This document shows, in pieces, positions 1-15,689 of a DNA stretch of 64,000 nt (positions within the stretch are counted from its first letter, which is position 1; every line of letters begins with the position of its first letter). Source of the stretch: Macrostomum lignano (Eukaryota); NCBI GenBank assembly GCA_002269645.1, contig NIVC01001587.1:186001-250000 (forward strand). The letters are read 5' to 3'. Under the pieces are notes generated by a model that saw nothing but the letters and a program-made list of their open reading frames with translations, was not told where the DNA came from and made no database searches. The position numbers were made by a program, and so were the translations under genes.

Positions 1-108
1 CTCAGCGGTTATTGAGGTCCTGGCTCAGCGGTTATTGAGGTCCTGGCTCAGCGGTTATTGAGGTCCTGGCTCAGCGGTTATTGAAATCCTGGCTCAGCGG
101 TTATTGAG
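1..108. repeat. 23-bp minisatellite CTCAGCGGTTATTGAGGTCCTGG (partial at the window edge)
   Basis: About 4.7 copies visible. Confidence 0.95.
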
Positions 109-634
109 CTAAAACCAGTTACAAGGGGTATAAGACTCAGAAACCGGTACTGGCTGAGTTGGAATCTAAATGTTGACCACCTCTAGAGACTCACAAGACA
201 ATTAAGAATAGTTCTTCAAGTTTCCTAGTGAGCTAGCTACCTTGCTCTAGAGAGGGTACATAAAAATTAGGCATTCCGATTTGAAATCAGGACGGCAAAA
301 CGCAGGGCCGCTCGTCTCCTATTGGTTCAACAGTCTGCAGCCAATCATATTTCGCGCAGCCTCCATACACTACTCTTGTAGAAAGAATCGATTAAGGAAG
401 CCTGCAAACCCGATTAAACAAAAGGTTGAAAATAAAAAAAAACTAATTCGTGACACACGCTTTTATAGAGCCATTTTAAATTTTATTATTTAAACAAATA
501 TAAAATAGAACACTGCAAAACTTTGTTGCTTGCATCCCTAAAACAGTTTTTTAAATGTACTAATAATATGACGAAGCGTTTACTCATTAAATTTAAAGTA
601 ATAGTTACTCCGGCCGTTTACCTTAAAACAACAG

Positions 635-2253
635 GTAAATCCAAACTTGCCGCGCACCCGCGGCGACTCGGCCATTCACAGCTCGCACATTGACTGCATG
701 GTGCAGATGCAGCAGCCGCTGCACGAGATGCCGCCTAAAAAGATTAACCCTCAGGAGCAGCGAATCGGTCAGCTGATTGCTGAGAAACTGGTAGCTGACG
801 GCTCCACCCTGCAGACTGGCATCGGCAGCATACCCGACGCCGTGCTAGCCTCGCTGAAGGGTCACAAAAACCTCGGCGTTCACACAGAGATGTTCTCCGA
901 CGGCGTAGTTGATCTGACAGAATGCGGCGCCGTCACGAATGCTTTGAAGCGAATAAGACCTGGCAAAATTGTCAGCGGCTTCGTTATTGGCACTAAAAAG
1001 GTGTTCGATTTTATTGACGAGAATGCCATGGTGGAGCTGTGCGATATTCACTTCGTTAATAAGGTATGCTGCCGTCAAGTGGAATCGGATTGTAAGGGGA
1101 TATAAATATTGCAACTATAGTTGTAAATAGCTACCTGATAACAGGTGCGATTTCTGTGAGTTGTAAATCTAATTGTCTGATAGCAGGTGAGATTTATGTG
1201 AGTTGTAAATCTAATTGTCTGATAGCAGGTGAGATTTATGTGAATTGTAAATCTAATTGTCTGATAGCAGGTGAGATTTATGTGAGTTATAAATCTAATT
1301 GTCTGATAGCAGGTGAGATTTATGTGAATTGTAAATCTAATTGTCTGATAGCAGGTAAGATTTATGTGAGTTGTAAATCTAATTGTCTGATAACTGGTAA
1401 GAATTCTGCATTCTCAATCAACTCGCAGGTGGCCATCATCAGCCAGAATCCCCGCGTCACCGCCATCAATTCGTGCATCGAGATTGACCTCACCGGCCAG
1501 GTAGTCAGCGACTCGATCGGACCCCGCATCTACTCGGGCGTGGGCGGCCAGATCGACTTCATGCGCGGCGCCGCTTTGTCCAGCGACGGCCTCGGCGTGC
1601 CGATCATCGCGCTGCAGTCTTCGACTAAGAAGGGCGGCAGCAAGATTGTGCCGTTCATTCGGGAGGGTCAGTGCGGGTCCCTGCTGTCCTCAGATCCTTC
1701 AGTGCGGATCCCTGCTGTCCTCAGATCCTTCAGTGCGAGACCCTGCTGTCCTCAGATCCTTCAGTGCGGGTCCTTGCTGTCCTCAGATCCTTCAGTGCGG
1801 GTCATTGCTGTCCTCAGATCCTTCAGTGCGGGTCCCTGCAGTCCTCAGATCCTTCAGTGCGGGTCCCTGCTGTCCTCAGATCCTTCAGTGCGGGTCCTTG
1901 CTGTCCTCAGATCCTTCAGTGCGGGTCATTGCTGTCCTCAGATCCTTCAGTGCGGGTCCCTGCAGTCCTCAGATCCTTCAGTGCGGGTCCCTGCTGCCAT
2001 CCAATCCAACACAGAGAAGCCTAACCATCCGTACTGAACACCATCCTTCCCCTCCATTGCCGCAGGCGCCGGTGTCGTGACAACCCGAGCGCATGTTCAC
2101 TACGTGGTCACCGAGCACGGCATCGCGCACCTGTGGGGCAAGAACCTGCGCCAGCGAGCCCACCACCTCATCAACATTGCCCACCCTGATCATCGCGAGT
2201 CGCTGGAGAAGGCCGCCTTCAAGCGCTTGCGTTGTATGCCATCGGCTGATTAA
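635..2253 (+). CDS. Acetyl-CoA hydrolase / 4-hydroxybutyrate CoA-transferase family protein (ASCT type IB-like), 3' part; 5' exons lie upstream of the window
   Basis: Exons 635-1063, 1429-1666 and 2066-2253 with GT-AG boundaries and matching phases (0, 1). Family motifs VNPNLPRTRGD, TLQTGIGSIPDAV, LGVHTEMFSDG, IEIDLTGQVVSDSIG, SGVGGQIDFMRGA, VTTRAHVHYVVTEHG, IAHPDHRE. AATAAA at 2475. Confidence 0.93.
1121..1398. repeat. 42-bp intronic minisatellite containing CTAAT..TAGCAG|GTGAG
   Basis: About 6 copies in CoA-transferase intron 1064-1428. Confidence 0.95.
1667..1996. repeat. 31-bp intronic minisatellite TCAGTGCGGGTCCCTGCTGTCCTCAGATCCT
   Basis: About 10.5 copies starting at the donor site. 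Confidence 0.95.
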
Positions 2254-2746
2254 TAACTCGCTGATATTCTCAAACCCAAAATGAACTACGAATTGTCTTA
2301 TTTATCCTACTATTATTAGTAAAGTAGTGCGATTCCGACTAATAACAAAAAAGGCATTTATTTTGTATAATCTATAATACTCGTAAGACAACAGATGTCT
2401 TTTATTCCAACTTGGCTTTTTAATGTTTTTCTTCAACTTTTCATTGTTTTGCTTTTGTGAAACAGCTAATTCGAAATAAATGATCCTATGCCTTTAGGTA
2501 TGATTTTTCTCTTATTTACTTTTTAAGAGAGCATGAAAGTAGGTTGTCTGCAGTTTCGTCAAGATCAACCTTTGGATTAACGGATAAGTTCGAATAACTA
2601 TCGTGTTATGCGTCAGGAATGTACTTTTACGTCTTCAAGAACGGAGCCACGCTTAGAGCTTCTGTTTCAAGTAGTCACTAAGGAGTTTAATCATCAGAAA
2701 CAAATATTTTTATTCCGCATTTTCAGCTTCCTATTATAAACCACCG

Positions 2747-6199
<3,453 letters not shown>

Positions 6200-6788
6200 A
6201 GAGTCTGACCAACGTCTCAGTTAGTCTCATCCATGTTCTCCGGCAGGCATTGTGACAGGCATTTTCCTAAACCCCAGTCAAACTCGTCGATAATATAGTT
6301 TAATAACTCAGCAGTAAAATGAATATTGCATATTTGTTCCCACTTATGGCAAACTGATTGGCCCGCCATTTGACACGCCATATTTTGTACAAAACAGGTG
6401 GCTGGTGCAAGGATTTTAAATATCCTTTTGCTAATTGGCGTTCAAAGTGTGAAATATTTATGGTACAGGGGGGGGGGGGGTCGACAAACTTTTTACCTCC
6501 GGCCAGATAGAGAACCCGGGCCAAAGTAGGGGAGATAGGAGAGGGAATAGAAAAGAGAAATATAAAAAAGGAAAGGCGAGAGAATAAAGGAAGAGAGAAG
6601 AGAAAGATGAGAGAAGACAGCTGACAAGAGGCACAAACATTGAGCGAGCCGGATTGCTATTGCGAAGTTTCAAAGGACCCGAGGGCTGGATTGAGAGGCT
6701 TCGTGGGTCGGAGTTTGCTGACCCCTGCTATCGTAGAACTTTATTAGTACCTTAGATAATCACGCTTGTCTATTACCACGTCGCTTCA

Positions 6789-7229
6789 GAAAAATCACCC
6801 AAATCATCCAGAAAAATCGCCCCAAACCACTCCAGAAAAATCGCTTTAAACCACTCCAGAAAAATCACCCCAAGCCATCCAGAAAAATCGCCCCAAACCA
6901 CTCCAGAAAAATCGCTTTAAACCACTCCAGAAAAATCACCCCAAACCATCCAGAAAAATCGCCCCAAACCACTCCAGAAACATCACCCCAAACCACTCAA
7001 GAAAAATCAGCCCAAACCACTCAAGAAAAATCAGCCCAAACCACTCCAGAAAAATCGCCCCAAACCACTCCAGAAAAATCGCCCCAAACCACTCCAGAAA
7101 AATCGCCCCAAACCACTCCAGAAAAATCGCCCCAAACCACTCCAGAAAAATCGCCCCAAACCACTCCAGAAAAATCGCCCCATACCACTCCAGAAAAATC
7201 GCCCCAAACCACTCCAGAAAAATCGCCCA
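6789..7229. repeat. 24-bp minisatellite GAAAAATCGCCCCAAACCACTCCA
   Basis: About 18 copies. Confidence 0.95.
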
Positions 7230-7744
7230 AAACTGTACACTTTCTCAAACTTTTTGTACAATTCATTCAAGGCCTTTAGGAACTCTTGCCTTGGGTTTAT
7301 TATAAAACTCAATTTCCATACATTCAGCTTTAATCTTGCCGCAAATTGCCTCAATAATCTCATATTTACGAGTATTTGTTTCATTCGGTATTTTTAAATC
7401 CTTTAAGTTTGTTTGCTCTCTGACCCTGAAATCCCACTCAATCTACAACTACTCTGAATCACGTGATTTTCCGTTTGTTTTTCGGTCTCGTAGTTTTGCT
7501 TACAGAAGAAGAAGACAAAGACCTGTGCTTTTAAAACTCCAGACTTCTAGATTGTAAGTCAATGCTGATCAGATAGAAGCTCAATTATTTTACTGTTTTA
7601 TTGAACGTCATAATTCAGCTTTTATTAGTATTAGAGACTGTGCTTTTTAAGTTTTTTTGATTTTCCTTTAATACCTAAACTAACTTCGATGCAAGCAGTC
7701 TGCAGAAACCGCTGCCTTATATTCAACTTTTGGCTCGTGCACAT

Positions 7745-8686
7745 TCCCCACCCACCCCAATGTACACTCTATCCTGTATATTCCCCACCAACCCCAATTT
7801 ACACTCTATCCTGTCCAATCACCACCCACCCCAATGTACAATCCTGTGTATCCCCACCCACCCCAATGTACACACTATCCTGTCTATCCCCACGCGCCTC
7901 AATGTACTCACTATCCTATCCATTCCCCTGCACCCACCCCAATGTACACACAAACCTGTCCATTCTTCACCCACCCCAATGTACATACTATCCTGTCCAT
8001 TCCCTACTCACCCCACTGTACACACTATCCTGTCCATTCCCCACTCACCCCACTGTACACACTATCCTGTCCATCCCCACCCACCCCACTGTACACACTA
8101 TCCTGTCCATTCCCCACTCACCCCACTGTACACAATATCCTGTCCATTCCCCACTCACCCCACTGTACACAATATCGTGTCCATTCCCCACTCACCCCAC
8201 TGTACACACTATCCTGTCCATTCCCCACTCACCCCACTGTACACACTATCCTGTCCATTCCCCACTCACCCCACTGTACACACTATCCTGTCCATTCCCC
8301 ACTAACCCCACTGTACACACTATCCTGTCCATTCCCCACTCACCCTACTGTACACACTATCCTGTCCATTCCCCACTCACCCCACTGTACACACTATCCT
8401 GTCCATTCCCCACTCACCCCACTGTACACACTATCCTGTCCATTCCCCACTAACCCCACTGTACACACTATCCTGTCCATTCCCCACTCACCCTACTGTA
8501 CACACTATCCTGTCCATTCCCCACTCACCCCAATGTACACAATATCCTGTCCATTCCCCACTCACCCCACTGTACACACTATCCTGTCCATCCCCACCCA
8601 CCCCAATGTACACTATCCTGTCCATTTCCCGCTCACCCCACGGTACACACTATCCTGTCCATCCCCACCCACCCCAATGTACACAA
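7745..8686. repeat. 37-bp minisatellite CACTCACCCCACTGTACACACTATCCTGTCCATTCCC
   Basis: About 25 copies, degenerate at both edges. Confidence 0.95.
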
Positions 8687-9291
8687 CATATGGTATACTG
8701 TCAATGGCCATCTTTTGCAGAGTGCTTGCATCCGCTCGTATAAAATGCAATGGAGAGTGTTTTACTTTTGACAGTTGCTATATGCATATTTTGTTAGACA
8801 ATGCCTTCAGCTCTCGGGCACACAAATCCCTTCTTGCTGCACTGTCCTCTAAGCGCTGAATTTATGCGTGCTTTTTGTAGCTTGAGCACAGATTGTTGTC
8901 GAAGTTTTTTAAGGACATTGTGTACTTTTTTATCCAATATTCGCAGCGTATTAACTAATATACTTCAGAGCCTTTGAAGAAATGAATTTTATCGATTTAT
9001 AAATTTAGACATCCTCAATAAATATTGCAATATTTCCTTGATTTTAATTTTTTAGTCTGACTTCTGTAATTTACTTTGCTCATATCCTGCTCAGAGATAA
9101 ATCGTTGGGTTCAAAGTACGAGTACTGCGAAAGGCGTGCATTTTTTATAATTATAGCTTTATCTCATTTAAGTCATGGCTGAATTTGGGGGCACAGCCGC
9201 GTCGAACCATATACGAGTATAAATGGAATGTCATTCTGGCTGCAGCTTGGACTGCGCATGGTCTTATAAAAAATCAAGCGCTAAACAATAA

Positions 9292-9728
9292 ATGGATCCG
9301 AAGCAGCAGTACATCGCTGTGAAGAACCGTAAGTTAATTTTTCGGAAAGCTGAATCAATTAAAGTCTTATACTGAGTCTAAAAATGCCGCAAATCCTGCA
9401 TATTCGAACAGAAAAACCGTCTGCATTGCTACTGGCTGCGTATGATCAATCGGAGTCTGCATGTTCGAGCCGTGTGAGCAGCTGCAGCAGCGGAAACAGT
9501 TCCACAAATAGTTCTCAAACTCGACTGGCGCTGCACTCGGAGCTGTCCATGCGCTGCTGGATGCGCAACCGCTGCGAGGAGGCCCAGCTTCAGCGCCGCC
9601 TGGCTGTCCTGGAGACTCAACGCCAGCAAGCCTGGTTGCGAGCGACTCGTGAAGCCGATAATTTGATGCTCAAGGCTAGGCAGCAAACTTATCCGACTCA
9701 GAACTCATACATGTACCAGGGCATGTAA
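9292..9728 (+). CDS. Small hypothetical protein (about 117 aa), Ser-rich followed by a coiled-coil-like segment
   Basis: Exon 9292-9328 (MDPKQQYIAVKN) ends at a GTAAGT donor. CAG acceptor at 9411 joins in phase 1 to an open frame ending 9728. GC-rich island in AT-rich flanks. No family recognised. Confidence 0.6.
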
Positions 9729-12700
9729 ATTCATGAACATGTATACTATGATCTACTCCCTTATGCTGATGCTTGCATATACGTCCGTTGTTACCCAGGT
9801 GCCAAATATAAATGCTTATTTAAAGTATGAATGCACGTAACATACACAGTTCATTCCGTTGATTAGGACTGTCGTGGAATTAAATAAACACGCGGTAAGC
9901 ATTTATACATGTACTACCTTCAGTGCATGATTTTTTAACGAGCGATATCTTGCGTTACTTCAATGCTGAGGTGCATTTTAGCAATAAATAAAATAATTAT
10001 TGCATACGTATTAGTAGTTAATTAGTGTCTCGTTCGCGATACGATTCCATCTTATAAAAAGTATACCTTTAAGGGCGAAGTTAAAATCGACAGTACACAG
10101 CTGGGCCTGGCCCTTTCGATTTTTTAAACTAGAAAATGAACAAACGAATAATTTTTTTGAAATATGCGATTAAAGGAGGGTTTAACTGCTTTTTCTTCGG
10201 TATATGTATGCATGTACAGCTTGGTAACTTAACTTATTACTTCCATGCATTGCAGTAAGTTAGTAGCTTTCATCAGAAGCTAATACAACTGGATTACAAG
10301 TAAAACTTGTCTTAAAATTTTATATTTTAAAGTCGTTAACTCTGAGTTGTTAACTTAATGAAAAAATATCAGATGGAAATGTACTTTAGTCAAAGACCCT
10401 GGTTTGAAACTATACATGGGGCCGTAAAAAAGCGAACTTCACTGATGCTTTCTTTTTTATAAGTGACTAACATAAAATGTTTTAACAGACAACCTGTACA
10501 GAATGTTGCTGAATTAACGGTTTTTTAATGTTATATTGTTTAACGCTTTCTGTTTTAGAACGCATTTACTGATCTAATTTCAAACTATGCGAAGTTAAAA
10601 TTTTAATACTTGGCCTTAAGACCGATCGTGTAATTATTTTTGCAATAATAATTAACTCATGTTAATAATTATCTTATGTTTATTCCTAGCAAAGTTTTAT
10701 GATGACCTACTTTATTCTTAGCTGAAAGCTACTACAAAAAACCGGATATATTGATAATATAAAATATCCCTAACCTAAGTAGACCCTAAGCCTAAGCCTT
10801 AGGCTAAGGCAATGTCCTATTTTCCTTTCCTGTGTTAAATTAACTATTTTCACACTAATTTGACACAATGTCATGATTCATGCATGGCCATGACCAAATA
10901 AACTTATGTTAAGGCTGCAGTCCTAGCCTAAGTATAATTTTTGGCTTGGCCTGGAGCTGGAGGCAAGAACAGCAATATGTTTTTGGCAATCAATAGGTCT
11001 TTCGTCTTTGCACTCTTAGAAGTAAGCAAATCTTAAAATGGTTAGGGCATAGTTTAGCTAAATAACTAAATTCAATCAAATGAAAAATAATTTCATGAAC
11101 AAAACTATAATAGTCTAATGCCCAGCTATTAAATCAAGTTTATTGCTAATAAATTATTTAATTAAATAGTTAACACCCCTACTTGGACTAGGTTTTTAAA
11201 ACTGTTTTTTTGTGTACAGAGTGTATATCCTAATATGCACCCTAAATTAAAAAATTATACCTTGAAATTGAAAATTAGATAATTTAGGTGTGGTCTCATA
11301 ACTTATTTTTACTTTGAAGCCTCATTTGCATTGCCTTAAAATAAGAAAAAAGAAATTACACTTTGAGCCTTAAAATTGCACATTGAAATTGAGCATAGGG
11401 TGTAATTTCATACCTTGCCTGTGGCAAAAAATTAAAAATAGAGGTGGCCTTTACTATTAAATAATAAATTTATTTATTAGCAAACAAATTGATAGCAAAT
11501 AAAAGTTATACCCTATGCCTATGGCCTATATAATTCTATATTTCTAAGTTTTAATTATTATTTTAACTTCCATAAGGCTTCAATTAAATAATAATAAGTT
11601 GACTATTTATTAGAGTTTATTACAAGCAAATTAAATATTATACTAATTAAACAAGTTAAGCAATGCTACTTAAACATAAGAACTAGCAATATTGTATATG
11701 CAGTGTGCACTAGTAGAGATTAAATCAAAGGTAAACTATTAGGCTGTCAAGCACAAATAGAATTTAAGGATTAAGGGTAAGCCAAGTAAAGAAAAAAGAG
11801 AGAGGGAACAAAAGGAAAGAAAAAAAATTGAGCAATGCCAAAGAACAAAATATAAATAAAAGTTGGGGAGCAGGAGGTAGATAAAGAGGAATAGGCGCTG
11901 GGGACAAGGCCTGGATACCAAAGGCCAAAACACAGAGATGGGAAAATGTTGCAAAAAACACAGTGGAAACAAAAAAATAAACCAGATAGTGGGTGCACAA
12001 ACCAGGGAAAAAAGCAGGGAGGCCAGGCCCAAGAACTAGGAAGATGACAAAATTTCATCATAGGGAGCACCTCATGATGGACAGATAAGGCCAACCCATG
12101 TAACAATAAAAAGAGGGGAAGGTCACACGGTGGTCCATAAAATAATAAACGAAATTTGAAAACAGTAAATTTAATCATTTTGTGATAGCCCCTATTACCA
12201 CACTATCTTATCTATCTTTTATCTAATTTCCTATAATTAGACAGTATAGGCGTAACTTATAACTTTAATAAAATGAAATCTAAGGACAATCCCAAATCAA
12301 TGGTATCCTACTTTATACTGTCTATGCTTAAAAGTTTGATTCAGAATTCTACTTCTATGTCAGAAAATTTATAAGTAGTATGAAGATGCCTGCATCTTTT
12401 TGTAACTAGTGAACAAATTAGCTTATTTTTAGATGTAGGCCTTCATACTACTTGTGAATTTTCCTGCATAGAAGTAGAATGCTAAATCAAATTTTATTAT
12501 TGTCATATAATGCTTAATAGTATGGTCATAGTAATGAGTTATTATCTAGTTATTCTTATAGAAGTAAATTATTTTTTTGCCAATGGTATAATAATGCTGC
12601 TATCTTATGAGATTGTCTAAAAGTGCAGAATAGCTTTATATATATTGCATCTGAATCTTGTCTATAAGGGTCAGCCACCAAGGAATAGATTGTATATGCA

Positions 12701-12894
12701 TGCTTGACATTGAGAAATTCACCTTGCTAACTTATGTATTACTATGTATTTATGTGTTAAATTTATATTATATGCAGAAAATTTTTTAGTCAAATGAATT
12801 CAAACTTGTTGAATTTCAGACATGCCTTGAAAATCTATAAGCAAAAGTATAATTAGCATAGTCTCATACTTTTTGGACACCCCACATCATACAT

Positions 12895-13051
12895 GCGCAA
12901 CCTTGAGAATCACCCGGCTGTTTCTATTGGCAACGCATACATGTAAGTCGCTATTGGCTGAGAGCAGTCACGTGACTACTATTCCGTCTAATAGCGACTT
13001 ACATGTTTTTGTTGCCAATTAGAAATGGCCGAGTGAATCCTAAGGTTGCGC
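12895..13051. promoter_or_regulatory. Foldback inverted repeat with CCAAT boxes and a central E-box palindrome, immediately upstream of the U1A-like gene
   Basis: Arms of about 60 bp (GCGCAACCTT..TTTCTATTGGCAAC..ACATGTAAGTCGCTATT / AATAGCGACTTACATGT..GTTGCCAATTAGAAA..AAGGTTGCGC); AGTCACGTGACT at 12966-12977. Confidence 0.75.
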
Positions 13052-13107
13052 CCAAGCATGCCCCACATGATAAGTCTAAGCCTATTGTTTCACAAAATTT
13101 TCAGGCA

Positions 13108-13812
13108 ATGGAAGCCCCACCAATCAACAACACTGTGTACATTCGCAATCTCAATGAGAAGATTAAACGAGACGAATTAAAAAAGTCCCTATACGCCATA
13201 TTCTCTCAGTTTGGCCAAATCCTCGACATCATCACTTCGCGTACGATGAAGATGAAGGGCCAGGCTTTTGTGGTGTTCAACGATCAGGCCTCAGCGGCCA
13301 ATGCCGTCCGGTCAATGCAGGGCTTCCCATTCTTTGAGAAGTCAATGATGCTGGCATTCGCTCGGACAGACTCGGACGTCATTGCCAAACGCAAGGGTAC
13401 GTTTGTTGAACGGCCGAAACGGCTGGCCACCGCCACCGTTGCAGCCTCCGGCAAGGACAGCCGGAAGAAGAGAAAAGCCGCCGCTGGCAAAGGCGGCCTG
13501 GCCGCGGCCGCAGCCGCTTTAAAGTCGGAATCGTCGGCCCAGCAGCCAATTGATCCCAGCAGCATTCCGGAGCAGCCGCCCAACCAGATCCTGTTCCTGA
13601 CTAACCTGCCGGCCAGTTCTAATCACGCCATGCTGACTGTGCTGTTCACCCAGTTCGCCGGGTTCAAGGAGGTCCGCATGGTGCCCGGCCGCACCGACAT
13701 CGCATTTGTCGAATTCAACACCGAGGTTGAGAGCACGCACGCCAAGAACTCTTTGAACGGATTCTGCATCGAGCCGGAGTACCCCATGAGAATCACATTC
13801 GCTAAGAAGTAG
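13108..13812 (+). CDS. SNRPA: U1A/SNF-like snRNP protein (two RRMs), intronless
   Basis: RRM1 NNTVYIRNLNEKIKRDELKKSLYAIFSQFGQILDI..KMKGQAFVVF..RSMQGFPFF..DSDVIAKRKGTF; RRM2 PPNQILFLTNLP..GFKEVRMVPGRTDIAFVEF..MRITFAKK. ATG 3 nt after TTTTCAG; AATAAA at 14141. Confidence 0.9.
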   Translation: MEAPPINNTVYIRNLNEKIKRDELKKSLYAIFSQFGQILDIITSRTMKMKGQAFVVFNDQASAANAVRSMQGFPFFEKSMMLAFARTDSDVIAKRKGTFVERPKRLATATVAASGKDSRKKRKAAAGKGGLAAAAAALKSESSAQQPIDPSSIPEQPPNQILFLTNLPASSNHAMLTVLFTQFAGFKEVRMVPGRTDIAFVEFNTEVESTHAKNSLNGFCIEPEYPMRITFAKK

Positions 13813-14204
13813 ATCCGCTTAAGTCGGGGGTTCGAATCCGGCGTGGTGTGTTTTTAGCGTTTCAATAATGATTGAATTGAAATATTCGAAAAAATTGTCA
13901 TGCTTTTCAATTGTAAATCATATGATTGTGTCGACTTTTTTTAAATTGCGCTTAGTAAATATATAAAAGCATATGCTTATTGTGTTCAAAATAATGTAAC
14001 TGACTTATTGTTATTGTCTTTGCTGCGTAAGTTTGTTGTTAATTAAAATAAACTGCTTTGATTGTGCAGTTTTTGCTATGCTTAATAAGTTGCATGCAGT
14101 CTGTGGGTGTGCACTTTTCTGCTTTTTATATATTCTTTGTAATAAAATACTAGGTTTATGTTTCGTTAGACTTAGGTATGAATAGGGTGTTTGTTGAGGA
14201 TTGA

Positions 14205-14625
14205 TAATCCACTAGCTCTCTCGGATAATCCACTAGCTCTCTCGTATAATCCACTAGCTCTCTCGGATAATCCACTAGCTCTCTCGGATAATCCACTAGC
14301 TCTCTCGGATAATCCACTAGCTCTCTCGGATAATCCACTAGCTCTCTCGGATAATCCACTAGCTCTCTCGGATAATCCACTAGCTCTCTCGGATAATCCA
14401 CTAGCTCTCTCGGATAATCCACTAGCTCTCTCGGATAATCCACTAGCTCTTTCGGACAATCCTCTAGCTCTCTCGGATAATCCAGATAATCCACTAGCTC
14501 TCTCGCGGAAAAACCATAGGCTCTCCTGGATAATCCATTAGCTCTCTCCTGGATAATCCATTAGATCCTGGATAATCCATTAGCTCTCTTACGGATAATC
14601 CATTAGCTCTATCGGATAATCCATT
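14205..14625. repeat. 21-bp minisatellite GATAATCCACTAGCTCTCTCG
   Basis: About 19 copies. Confidence 0.95.
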
Positions 14626-14984
14626 TACAATAAGAGGGTCAGAACCATAGGCATTATTTTGTTGTTTAAAATAAGTATTTTGAGATTTAATAAAAATTTA
14701 TGCTCAATACTTCACGCCTAAGAGTCAATTAAGTCTCCTTAAACTACAGAAACTGCACTCTGATCCTCGTGTTTTGCTATACGAGTTTGGCATACAGAAA
14801 GTGCCAAAGAGCTGCCAATAATAAGCTGCTCAAATTGAAATTAGTCTGAATTAAAGAACAGAAACTTCATTCGACTAATGCCATGCAAGCTGCTTGGAAA
14901 TTTTTAGCGAAAGCTCGCTTTTACAAAAGATTATGGCTTCCCCCTGACAATTTATGTTGCTGCGCCGCTAGAGGACAGTCGCAG

Positions 14985-15310
14985 GCAGGGGCTGTGCGCA
15001 CCCTGGCGCACTTTAAGCGACATTGTCACACAACCGGCGAGAGGCATTGCTGCCCATTTCGCCGACTTCTCTGAGCAGGCACACAAGCGCGCGGATACGT
15101 ACGCAGTCATACGCACAGGCACACACTCACACAGGAGTGTACAGCGGCCCTAACTTTATTTATCGTTCAGCATGTACACTTCACTGTGCCTTGGGGGTTG
15201 GCCATCAAGGCCGTTAATTGCACGAGCAGAGCCAAGCCGAGATTCCAATTTAGCCCCAAATTAATGCGACTGCACTTGGAATCGAGCCTGGGCCGCTGGC
15301 ACATGAGAGC
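14985..15310 (-). mobile_element. tRNA-derived SINE, copy 2 (5'-truncated, between the two snRNP genes)
   Basis: The reverse complement matches the 31.5-kb copy from CTCTCATGTGCCAGCGGCCCAGGCTCGATTCC through CGCCAGGGTGC. Confidence 0.88.
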
Positions 15311-15689
15311 GGTAGAATGAGACACATGAGAAGGCTAAATTGATTATAAACTGTACAATAAGGGATATGGGAAATATCTTCGTCCCGGCGCAGCAAATAG
15401 AAATTGTCAGTGAGGAATAAGTTTAGTAAGTGTCAACTACTCTGTGAGAGAAGGCGAAGCACTTTAAGCTTTCAATAGATTTCCATAACTTTTCAAGTGT
15501 TAAAGTCCTTAGCTAATGATTTAGCAGTGCACAGCGTCGGCTTGAGTTTGGTAAGTCAGTGTCCATCTAGTTCAGTTAGCTAGTAATAGAATCCAATTGC
15601 ATTTGATTATTAGCTGCTTTGGCTTTCACGTACCAACACGTCGCTCACTCCATCCATCCTGAGCAGCGGCTGGCTTATCAACTGTTGCC

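Noticed and set aside
13829-13839. tRNA gene after the U1A-like stop (GGTTCGAATCC B box)
   Set aside because: The T-stem does not pair, and there is no A box or cloverleaf.
14060-14146. U1A autoregulatory PIE element upstream of AATAAA
   Set aside because: Only partial matches (TTGCAT, GTGCAC); no paired ATTGCAC loops.
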